A stretch of DNA of 64,000 nucleotides from Nitrospirales bacterium. GTDB taxonomy: Bacteria; Nitrospirota; Nitrospiria; Nitrospirales; UBA8639. The notes under the pieces are model-generated. The model saw only the letters and a program-made list of their open reading frames with translations, ran no database searches and had not been told where the DNA came from. Shown here piece after piece: positions 1 through 11,095 of this stretch. The stretch is from positions 992,001-1,056,000 of the forward strand of contig CBDBCZ010000018.1 of the NCBI GenBank assembly GCA_965203295.1, written 5' to 3'. A program made the translations under genes and the position numbers. Position 1 is the first letter of the stretch. The number at the start of each line of letters is the position of its first letter.

Positions 1-1499
1 GTAAGAATAGCCTCGTACCCAGGTGCATTAAATACACCTTCAAGGGGGGGAGACTCTTCACAAACGTTCTGCCAAGTAGGATTCGACAGGCGCGAGTATA
101 TATAACATACAATGTATGAGCTAGAGCTATGTCTGTAATACCGCAGCTACTAGGACTTCAAAACGGTTTCAGAAGGCTCAAAATTTAACTCAGCACCCCA
201 GACCCCCAGCAAAATTACGCCCACCACCACTTTCAAGATCTTCCACAAGCTAAAAATCCCGGTACATCGTTCCAAGGATTTTAGCTGCTCTCACCAAATA
301 CCATGTAATCATTTTGAATTCCCATAGATCAGTTTCCTGCAATAGAAATTGCTTAGATTGATAGTGCAGCTGCAAGTGACATTACCCTAGCTGGTTTAAA
401 CAACAGAGATAACCCAAAACAAATTCACAGCAAATATGTAGGTATCACAAGAAGGTTAAGTATCAAAGATGTCATGCGACAATACAGACTGTAATAGTTG
501 GGTAAGAGTCCTGGTGGAGTGACACTTGACAACATAAAATCTCCAATAGTGTAGACAAAAGGGAAAAAAAACTTTGTCTGTATTAACTGTACGATTTTAG
601 TCATTTAAATGCAGATGCAGTTTGCAGAACAGAACTACTTCTTAAGCTTGTCTGAGCTGCAAACCTTATACCAACTAACCATCATCATCTATAATGACAA
701 CAGTGGCTGTGGCAAAGAGACTGCCTCCGCTAGCTGCAAGGTTGATGTTTGTGAGTCCCTCATCTCCAAGGGATAGCTGGATTTGAAATGTTTCCGTAGG
801 CTCAGGAACACTATCATCGATTAGTTCAAACAGATATTCTATCTCTTGCTCATCAGGATTAAAATCCTGATCTTGTACTTGTGGAATGGCAATAAAATCT
901 TGACCTGGAGGATCTAGTCGTGCAGCCGTAAAACCACTTCCAAGTATAGGTGAGCCAATCACTTCAAATGTAAGTTCTGATTCCTGGTCGTTTTCTTTAA
1001 CAATCGGAATTCGAATCAGGTCACCAATAGCATCAGCTTCAAATACTGTATATCTCTCTTGCTCAAACCCAATATTGATGGCTGCACAATGAAATAAAAT
1101 AATACCGATGCGATAAAGTTTCTCAAGTTGTGTAAGCATGATTAAGGCAGAGCCACTATATAGCAAAGCATCCAGGACAGTGGGCGTAAGCGTGTCAGAT
1201 AAGAGATGCAGGTGTAATAAACTAGTGAATGCAGAGCATTGTGGGGCGAGCGTGAGCGAGGGCATGCCGCTATGCCGCTGAAATAGATATTTGAAGTATT
1301 TGCGGTATATAGGACCATGCAGACAAAATCTCGCGAGTCACAAAAGCCAACAGGGATACTCCTGATGGGTCTGAGGTTATGGGTCTGGGTGGGGACTACT
1401 TCACAGAACAAAACAGAATGGAACAAGGTGGAATTACAAACTGGGTGCAAAGCCCAGAACCTAGGGCTGGGAGCTTGCCATGAGCTAGCTGCTTATCAG

Positions 1500-1750
1500 C
1501 CTAACCATACCCTAATTTAAACCCTAACCCTAACCCTAATTAGCCCTACCCTACTCCTAACCCTAACCCTAACTCAAACTCTAACCCTAACCCTAAGTAA
1601 CCCTAACCCTAACTCTAACCCTAACCCTAAGTAACCCTAACCCTAGCTCTAACCCTAACCCTAAGTAACCCTAACCCTAACTCTAACCCTAACCCTAAGT
1701 AACCCTAACCCTAGCTCTAACCCTAACCCTACGTAACCCTAACCCTAAAC
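1500..1750 (+). repeat. Interstitial telomeric-type (CCCTAA)n array with variant units
   Basis: Tandem ccctaa with ctctaa and ccctaagtaa variants in a ~34-bp higher-order period; lies in an intron of unit A. Confidence 0.9.
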
Positions 1751-2579
1751 TCTTAGTCTGCAGTTTCAGTAGTTCCGTTCTGTTCAATGAAATCTGCCTG
1801 GGTCTGAGATTACGGCTCGAGGTTTACAGGTCAGGGTTTACAGCTCCTGACTTGGGGTTTCTTCTTAGAAATTTTATATAGGCTATGATGCAGAGAGCAC
1901 CAGCAGGTATTTGCATATGGCTAAAACCATAGTGTCAATGTGTCAATGGCATGAACGAGGAAATTGATATCCAGGTACGTAGGCGCATTTACTAATATTA
2001 CCATGTACAAATGGTAACTATAATATAAGTTACTCACAGTACTATAACTAGAGCTCGGTTTCGCCTCTCCCGAGTCCTCACGTATATTGTTTCTTCAGTA
2101 AAATGAACCCGTTGAAATATTTGTCTTGTGCCTATGATGTAATATTTCATGAGACATGAATAAAATGAATCCTTACGGTCATCATCGATTATTCTTCCCA
2201 AAGCTGCAAACTGTCCACTCCGTAGATCAACCCTGTCTGGATTAGTTGCACTAACAACCTCCATGAATAGTGCAAAATACTGCTCCACTTCATTGATATC
2301 ATCATTTGTTATTCTAATATCGAGAGTTATGACAGTTGGACCTCCAGCCGCAAAGGTGATCAAAACTGGAACAGCGGAAAAATCCAGTACACCTGTGAAA
2401 GAATGGCAAGAGACAGTCATGATTGTGTGATGATAGTACGTAGTCTACATTTCAGCTCACTTGTGGCAATGTTGGGTGCCCTGGGATTGAAAGGAGGAAT
2501 TGTAGGGAAGGCAGATGGCAATGGACGTGTGAGCGCTTCAGTGATGTCTACTGGAACAATTTGCACTGTCAGGTCAGTA

Positions 2580-3011
2580 GCAGACTATTGCCTCAGCATA
2601 AATCACCCATCTGGCGCATTTTGTCGAAAATGAGATTTTACACCAATAGGAAGCGTAAATTACGCTGAACGAGATGGTGGTTTTAGTTTTGCGATCGACC
2701 GCGCCGTTGCGAAGCTACGCCCTCGAGAACGCGTACGTTAGCAAAACATTGATTTCGAGAAACGCGTCGTTAAGAGTTTTCCGTATAATACCTCCGTATA
2801 CTACTGGCTGGGAAAAGATCGTCTCTATCGAGTAAACGGTGAAGAAAAACGAGCGTGAAACGGCACTGTAAGGTACCTTAGTGTGCATAGTTACTATATA
2901 TGACGTAATCACAAAAACCGCCGAAGTGCGATTTCAGACTTATAATTGCCCGTAATGTATTAGTACTATTTGCGCGAGATGGGTGATTTATGCTGAGGCG
3001 GTCTTAGTCTG
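2580..3011. mobile_element. MITE with terminal inverted repeats inserted in a coding exon of unit A
   Basis: Left end cagactattgcctcagcataaatcacccatct and right end agatgggtgatttatgctgaggcggtcttagtctg. It splits LLTNIA/TDLTV, which is contiguous in the paralogs. No clean TSD resolved. Confidence 0.8.
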
Positions 3012-3959
3012 CTGCTATGTTGGTGAGAAGTTGCACCGCAGGTCGTATAACCTCTGCACTTTCCAAATTGGTATAAGTTGAATCAAGAAACTAAAGTATG
3101 GCATCTGCAAAACACAGAAAGTGCACAACATAATGCACAATGCTATACTAGCTGCAATAGCCAACTAAATAAGAACAAGATAGCAAACAACAGGCCGAAA
3201 CAAGCTACTTGGAACAAAACACCAGATTGCTTATAATCCAGCTTCTACTCTCAGTGCCAAATGCACTCTTATTTTCCCACAATCTGGTACGTATGTACAG
3301 TAACTGTAGTCTGACTTGCAAGATGCTCCAGAAGGGTATAACCATACTTTGTCAGGGAATTCCTTATAACAGATTTTTGAATTTTTATATAAATAGAGAA
3401 GTTGTGAATGCACGGTGCAGCTATCTAGATCATTGGGAAGTTAAAGTTACAGCAGTGAATTAAAATGTCAGATTTGGGGCTATCACAAACTTGCCCCCTC
3501 AGCTCATACGCTTGAAAGCATTATGAATAATATTAAATTTCATGGTACAGTCTCCAAAATAGCTTTTAAAATTAGTGGTTGCATGTGCTCTCTCTAAACA
3601 AGGAACATTTCATACCATAACTGCAATATTAGAGGATGCATACTGTTAATAATACGTTAATATACCATCTCTGTCCTCAATCACAACTCGAATTGTGGGA
3701 ATTGCAAATGTATTGGGGGCTGCAGCATTCAGTGTACCACGTGCAGCACCTTTAGCACTCATCAGAGTCAGTGTAAAATCTTCAGGTAACTCCAGTGCTA
3801 TTCCATCAACTCGAATGAAGGTCAGAATTTCAGCTGGTACAGTAGCATCATCTATTGTAACACTCCTAGAAACAGATGGAACTGTGAAGTCAGAGTTGGG
3901 ACCCTCCCCTGCAATGAATAGAGGTTGGAGCATTTAGTTACTTTATCCATCATATATAC

Positions 3960-5194
3960 AAGTAGCTGCGCTCGCTTCGCTCGCGCAACTACTTGTGTTC
4001 GTTGAACTCGCTCGCTGCGCTCGCTCTGTACGTATAGAAATGAAAAGTATCACCTGCATGTGATTTGCATGGAACATTTAGCATCTGCCAGTGACAGCGA
4101 TGCTACATACTGACAGATCCCAGCATGAGCCACGTGGAGGCAGTTCCACATTCAGGCCTCAACCTTATTGTGTCGAAAACCGACTCCGTCATAGCTAGTG
4201 GGGGGAAGTGCATTCACAGGTGTCCGCATCCAGCATTGCAGTCTACCTCGGCAGCATGGTTCTCACTATTCCTCTGCAGGTGCCTACCAGACACAGAACT
4301 ACAGTTGGACATTCCATTGCAGAAATATCTCTCCACAGTTTGACAGAAGTATACAACCATTATAATTATGCGCTCGCTTCGCTCGCGCAAGTACTTGTGT
4401 GTGTTCAACTCGCTCACTCTGTACAGATAGAAATGAAAAGTAACATTGACCTCTATGTGATTTGCATGGAACAGTATAGCATCTTCTGCCAATGAAGTAG
4501 TGCTTTTGACTAAGCCACATGTCAGTGTTGAAAATTGACTTGTCAGAGTGGGGGGTAAGTAGATAGTACGTGTGCACACTACAGTTCTTTTAGAAGCAAA
4601 AGCATGTATTATGTAATGTCCATGTAGTATATGGAATGTGGAGCATCTGCCAGTGGCAGTAGCCTGATCGAGACTTTGACAGTAGTTTCTACCTGAGCCA
4701 TGTGGAGGCAGTAACTCAAAGGAGAGACTGCAAATATTAATTACAAAACTATACACACATCAGCACATGTAGGCGAATGGAACTGACTCCATTTAATGCA
4801 CATCGTCGTAGTTTGTCTAGCGTAGCAGTTACAGCACGAGCCAACCATAGATATGCCGCTTGCCGCAAACACATTCACATATACACCGGAAACTGAACTC
4901 TGATTAAATTCTTTAGTCAGGGCGGGTCAAAGTGCAGTCAAAATGGCGACCGTTGCGAACGCGCGGAAGGAGTAATGGCCCAAGATCAGCCTGTCAGAGC
5001 AGAAAGATGAAAAAGTGGAACGCTGGAAGTCCCTAAATTTTGGCTATCTTCCCTGTGCTGCAATCAAATAGTTTGGGGAAGGTAAAAGAAAGGCAGGACA
5101 TTACATTAATTACATTATTTACATTACATTACATTACATTACATTACATTACATTACATTACATTAAAAGTTTTTTTCCTATCACTTGGCACTG
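3960..5194 (-). mobile_element. Non-autonomous DNA-transposon-like repeat ending TCACTTGGCACTG, containing (ATTAC)n
   Basis: Inverted homolog of 46929-48009 and ~49870-50992; (attac)n at ~5100-5165; end followed by TA. Left boundary approximate. Confidence 0.6.
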
Positions 5195-5999
5195 TAATAA
5201 AGAGAAGATATGACATCATAGAATTGTGAGTAGGCTTTTTATGTCAGAATAGCTAGCTAGTGTGTTGTAGAAAGTTTGTTAGGCTGCCCGAGTGGCTAGA
5301 AGTCAGCAGACAGACGGATAGTGGCAGGTTGTTGCCCATCTCAGGTAGGCTAGAATAGTCACCTTTCGGGTCTGTAGGCCCCGCCCATTTTTTTTAAATT
5401 AGCTCGAATAGCTAGTTGTGTGAAAATCTGTGGAGATTTATAGGGAGAGCTCTGGTGGGTGGTTCCCAGAAACCGAGGGGTGAATGAAAAATCGCATCCC
5501 TAATTTTTGTGGGAGTAGGTTGAAGTTTGTAATGCAGGGCTCGAATTCGTCGGGTGAGCGTGGGCGGTTGCCGAATTTTTTTTGAAAGTCAGGATAGCGA
5601 AAATGAGGGTTTTGGGGTGGTTGGATGCGTTCAGGGCTGTAAAACTGGCTTTGAAGCATTCCTGTGAAAAAGCATCCCTACGTTTGTAGCCTGTCCTCTG
5701 TAGGTACTGGTGTTGTTGCCAGACTGTGGGTGGGGCTCTAGCAGATTCCAAAATTTCTCGTATTTTAAAGCAACCCGAAATTGCGTTTTTGTGGATTATT
5801 TAGTAGGAGGTGTGGTTAGATGCAAAATTTTTGTCAATTCGAGGTAGACTTTCATGTTATCAACAAAGCCGTCCATTTGAATTGTGGATTCCAGGTGAGG
5901 CCCTTCCTACCTTAATAGCAACTTTGAGCTTTGATCCACTTCCTTTCTTCATATCCTAAATAAGCCTAACCTACTCCCACTCTCCTCTAATGCTCTCTG

Positions 6000-6380
6000 A
6001 ACAAGTCTGACATTTTATGTCTAAAAAACCAGCCGGACGCCTTTCCCGTACAATACACACAACTCAGCTTAGGCCAAGCTATTAAACTACAGCTGTAGAG
6101 CCAGAGATACTATATTCCTAGAGCGGTACAGCGAAAGTGCTGACTCAGCAGTTTCGTCATGCGCCTCCAATTAGTAGCTATATGCCAAGAAACCACGATC
6201 ACAAAACACAGGCAACACAAAACTACCTTCATTTGCTGTAGCTTGGCCTACAAACCTCCAAAAGCTGCTATACACTGCAGTTGCATTCAGTGCGGACGCA
6301 CAAAGAGACAAACAAACAAACAAACAGACGCGGAAAACGTAAAGCGATCTTATTACCAGCCGCGCTGCTGGCTGGTAAAA
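6000..6380 (-). mobile_element. Helentron/DINE-like non-autonomous repeat
   Basis: ACCAGCC/GGCTGGT subterminal inverted motifs, (aaac)n tract and terminal gacat..atgtc stem-loop; same family as 24660-25530, 43694-44943 and 61588-62462. Confidence 0.55.
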
Positions 6381-7438
6381 ACCTTGCCTAGCAATGGTTC
6401 TGCAAATTCCCATAGTGCATGAGCTTTTATTTGCAGTAGCTACCACACTCATAAAACAAAACTTGATAGCTACACTATTAATAGCTGCTTATACATCATC
6501 ATGTACATGGGAATGGTGGACAGACATAATTGGTATAATATCTGCTGCTACTCCGTGTGGAATTCCTGTGCATTGTTGCATTATCCAGCTTGTATACATC
6601 CAAGCTGAACAGCCATAAGTTGTTGGATGACAGTGCATTCACTCACTTGCTATTCCTTCTCTTACTGTGATAGTGAAGCGTAATTGTCTTCTAGCATCCT
6701 GCTGCAAAAATTCTTCAAAAAGTGCTCCTTTAATAAACCCTGCTTCCAGTACATAAAGATCACCAGGCTCTTCAATTGAAATGTCAGATCCATCAAGCCA
6801 TCCAAACACTGCCGTGACAGAGACATGCACGACATGAGTGAGAGTGCCTCGTATAGTGTGCTAAATAACAAGACAGGGTGTCAAGGTGGGTGCATACATG
6901 TATGCAAATTTAGATTCTGATTGAAATCTCTCCATGTAGCTGTGCAGACTGCAGTAGTCTAGGTAGTGACACTTTAGCTACGAGTGTAGGGAGGGTCTGG
7001 GGCTGAGACTACTTTTAAATTTAGCAGGCATCACTAAATTATAGCTACTTTGAGTTCAGAGATAACACAGGACAGGTTATTTAAAGTGCACCATCTGCAG
7101 GAAAACTGTAGCTATACGTGGGCAATCTGAATAATTCGGGGCAGAGATGTAGAGGGGGGGGGGGGGATCTGTGTGGATTAATATTCTGCTTCTTCAAGAA
7201 ATCCAATGTCATGATTTGAATCATTCAATATATACAAAACCTGAAACTTTGCCATACAAAACTATTGCCCTGAATGAACTTCTCACAACTACCCAAATTT
7301 CTACCACTGAGGACCATTATTTGGTAATCAGTATAAGAAGTGTGACACTAGCAATATAGTGACACTAGCAGTATAGTGCATTAAATTTACATTACTGTGC
7401 ATGTAGCCCTGAGAATTGTGAAAGAAGTAGCTAAAGCC

Positions 7439-7543
7439 TAACCTCGTACCCAGGCCTCCCACCCAGACTTTATCTCGCAGCCGTGGAGAAAAGTTGCTTG
7501 CGAGATAAAGTCTGCATGGGCGGGAGGCCTGGGTACGAGGTTA
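7439..7543. mobile_element. 105-bp MITE (TAACCTCGTACCCAGGC TIR) with 9-bp TSD
   Basis: TSD gctaaagcc at 7430-7438 and 7544-7552; the empty site is present in paralog B near 19396-19404. Confidence 0.9.
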
Positions 7544-8724
7544 GCTAAAGCCATATTGTATAGCAATTGCACTGTAGCAACTTACCAATGCAGGCATGGC
7601 AGGATTAGTCCCCAAATGTCTGCCTGTAGAACTGCCCAGAAGAGGATTGTACACAGCATTCTTCAATGCTTCCAGCCGTGAAACTAGCATCAAAGCTTCT
7701 ACACCTTAATTCACCGGCAGTTGAAGGTGCAGTGAAGCATCGGACCGGTTGTGTATTCACTAAAAGGGAGAGAAGAATTATGGTGATACTGCTGTGCTAC
7801 AAACCTTACAAAACTTTTCTCCTTGACTCCTTATAGGTTTTGCAGACAGTTCTTCGTAAATACCATACAAAGAACTAGTGAAAAGTTCACCCTGAATGAA
7901 AAGGACTGACATTACTCCACCCACTGACAGACAAACTGTACAGATCAAGATGTGCCTGAGTAAGCCTCACACTAGCGATGTCCAAGTCTGCCTCAATCAC
8001 ACAGTGAGTGTAGTCAGTAAATTAGCTGCTAACTCTAATAATGTACACAAGAGTCACCTTTTGTCACTAAGGCAGTGAGAAGGCAAGTTGCAAGTAAAGC
8101 CACTTCACCATGTAGCCACATCCTACCATCCAGCAATATTGCCTTATCAATAGCTAGTGCTCAATTACAAAAGTTAACGCACACAGAAAAGGCAAACTAA
8201 ACTAAGTTAAACTTGCCGTTGTCAATGATTGTTTATATTGAGACATGCTGTTTTGTACATGAAATGAATTCCTTATTTGTGCACATGCATGCTGATAATC
8301 GTGCAAGCGGAGGCATTGTTCAGTTTATGAACATAGTATATAGTATATATAGGGCTCTATCCAATTGAATGCATGGAATACAATCACCTTATTTTATGGT
8401 CTGGGCGAGAATCATATAGTCACGAACATGCATGGGCAAAGGTAAAATTCATACTTTATGTTTTTTTTTGCTGAAAATGGATATAATTAGCATTTTACAA
8501 TCAATGTGAGTATCCTCATTTCTAGGCAAAAAAAAGCCAAAAAAAACCTGGAAATTAGGAAAGAAAGAGTCTGGTAGATATTAAAATGTGTGCCTGACAT
8601 GACACTGGGTAGAGGTTGGACATTAACGAAAAGAACACTAGGATAGCTGCAGTATTCCAGTAGCTAGTTTGAGGTCAATGTCATTTTATCACATTAAAAC
8701 ATCACATAAAACAGTTTGCGAGTG

Positions 8725-8849
8725 TCACTCATGAGGACACAGTCTGCCCCTCCTGAACCTGCGGTAGCAGACATCATCGCAGTAGATGGCAAGAGGGTCA
8801 ATTGACACGAGAGTGTTCTCAGAGACTGGGACTCCAACTCCAGGGCATT
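8725..8849 (-). CDS. Duplicate (possibly alternative) terminal exon encoding a Cys/Arg-rich tail
   Basis: Acceptor cgcag, phase 1, reads CPGVGVPVSENTLVSIDPLAIYCDDVCYRRFRRGRLCPHE*; paralog of 11096-11211. Confidence 0.6.
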
Positions 8850-11095
8850 CTGCGTGTGGTGTATAAATATATACTGTGGTATGTAATGTTCCTCTCTAAG
8901 TCACTTTTTTTCATGAGATACCAGAATATGGTTTCGCGACTATGTTTTCCTATCAAAATTACACATACATGTATAATCAGACAAATAAGTAACTGTGAAC
9001 TTGACTTCATAATCCGTGAAGAAATAAAACTACTTGCTAATGGGGACACTGCAAACTTTTTATTCAATTTATCTTGCTGACCAAAATTAGTGTTCAGTCT
9101 GACTGGAAATGTATACATTTTGAGGAGGACAGTGATAACTGCTGGTGAGCTTTCAGCAAGCATTTAGACAGACCATGATGTGTATTATCAGTCTCATCAC
9201 TGTCAGGACTCCTCCACACCGCATTACACCACAGCAACACTCGTCGTAGCGATGTTGTTGTGCTGTCGCCTGGAATTCTGAAGTCTTGGATTCCTCATTT
9301 TTCTCTGTCAAGAAACAAAAACAGTTGCTATGTATATCTACACACAAGTGTAGGCCTGTTTATGCACCTATTTTGCACATGTGGGTGAGGAACCTGAGTA
9401 ACCAATATCCTATAGCCAATCATGTTTGATGTAATGTGAGGTTGCCCACATTCATTCCTGTATCTATGCCACACAGTAGATAATGCTAATGGGTGTTCTT
9501 TATCAGTCTGGTCGCTGTAGCAGAAACATAAACAGACTTGTTTGAGTCTACAATGCCGGCCTCCGTTGCAGGAGTAAGAAAGTGTGTGTGGGTTTTACTT
9601 AGCTAATGGACATAAATTATAGCTGATTCATGAGCGCTACCGTGGAGTTATTTTGCTACCCTCATCCCTGCAAAACAGATTAACCCCATGTTTCTATCTG
9701 GACTAGTGCTTCATATGCTTCGATGGTTGAGAATGTGTTTTGATGCACATCCTCCACAAAGATGGCACTAATTGTCATCAGTCCTTGTTAATGGGTATAG
9801 TTAGCTGCACAGTTCATACTGGTCAACCAGGGGCTATAGTTTAAGTACATTTTGTGAAATTAACTACATGTAATTAAAATCACGAAAGGAAAGAGAATGA
9901 ACTGGTAATTTGAGGAAGAGAGAAGGATTATGGACGAGTAGGCAAAAGCGACACATTCCACACACACATCAATATAGATCTATTACACAAACCAAAGCAC
10001 TCTGGCCACAATAAGAAAATGTAGTGTGTATATTTATAAACTGAACCTTTCGTCCTTACTACAGTGATCATGTATGAACATGCAAGTAGCCATGCTGAGT
10101 TGCTTTAAATGGAGTCAGTGCCATTCACTTACATGTACGCTAGGCTATGGCTGTGAAGAGTTAGGCTGTAGTCATAATGTGCCTATATATTTGTTTTGCA
10201 GGAATTGTAGTCTCCTCTGTTGTACTGCCCCCATGTGATTCAGTACGGGATCTGTCAGCAATGCTACAAGCTATTGTACAATGCAACAAATCTTGCAGGT
10301 TACATCTTTATCTCTATCCGTACACAGCGAGCCCAGCGAGCAAGTTCAACAAACACAAGTAGTTGTGTGAGCGAAGCAAGCACAACTACTTGCATTGTAC
10401 AATTAGCCAGTCCATACAACCACCAATACAGCAATTAATACAGTATATTAATTATTGTGCACCCTTATTATATTTCTGCATACAGGCCAATTAGCAGATC
10501 ATACTATATTCAGTAATATTTAAAGGTCAGTTGAGGGGAATCTAAAGTCCGAGGCGAAGCCGAGGATTTTAACCCCTCGCCCAAACTGACTTTTAACTGA
10601 TTTAATGTACATTGGTACAGCAATGATCCCTGTATGTGGCCTCATTTGAGTGCTATAAGCGTGGGAAAAAGTGGTTGCCATGGTAATGTACATTACCGGT
10701 ACAGAATAAGCCACATAAGTGCGTGGAGTATGGGAATGGGAGTTAGGTACAAGCTGTTTTCAAGATTTTTTCTTTCTTTTATCTCTTGCTGGATTTTGAT
10801 GACATTCAACAGGATGGAAAGAACAAACGTATTTTCACACATTCTATTGCTTAGTATAGTATTATTATTGCTACTGTTTGCAGTTTTATTCTACAGTACT
10901 GAGACATCTAACAGTACAGTACGTGACACGTACTATGCAATTTAGAGCATGCACGTGGACACATTTTATACAAGCCAACAATATATAGTAGTTCAAGGTG
11001 TGTCTACATTAGCTACATATACATGTAATAAACAGCTTCTTATGAAGTTAGTCACACTAGTAGTGTTCTAAAGCATCACGGTTTGCGAGTATCAC

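Larger units (their letters stand above)
680..8121 (-). pseudogene. Unit A: Calx-beta repeat protein paralog (aggregation-factor-like), disrupted; may continue beyond the left edge
   Basis: Exons read by eye: 8058-8121 (signal peptide MWLHGEVALLATCLLTALVTK), 7586-7759 (6-Cys module; TAA at 7605-7607 where B has CAA), 6647-6808 + 3666-3908 (Calx 1), 2461-3104 (TAG at 3091-3093 and ~430-bp TIR insertion) + 2177-2392 (Calx 2), 680-1081 (Calx 3). All GT-AG and phase 1, with Calx-beta signatures such as IDDSVPEPTETF and TVVIIDDD. Confidence 0.8.

Noticed and set aside
241..336. Possible next exon of unit A after a ttgcag acceptor near 337
   Set aside because: The phase-1 frame stops after two codons and has no similarity to paralog exons; cannot be supported.
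1500..1750. True chromosome end
   Set aside because: The tract is internal, degenerate and flanked by exons of the same gene.
3695..3937. Plus-strand ORFs overlapping Calx exons (also 12093, 13024, 28611, 29489, 32954, 33782)
   Set aside because: Antisense shadows of minus-strand coding exons.
6480..6600. Conserved intronic block reading ...YYTNYVCPPFPC in A and B, similar in C
   Set aside because: No consistent splice sites seen; conservation is comparable to the surrounding duplicated intron.
9153..9347. Minus-strand ORF (NEESKTSEFQAT...LRLIIHIMVC) repeated near 20660-20800, considered as a signal exon or separate gene
   Set aside because: Similarity is explained by the segmental duplication; better signal exons exist at 8058-8121 and 19916-19979; no domain recognised.
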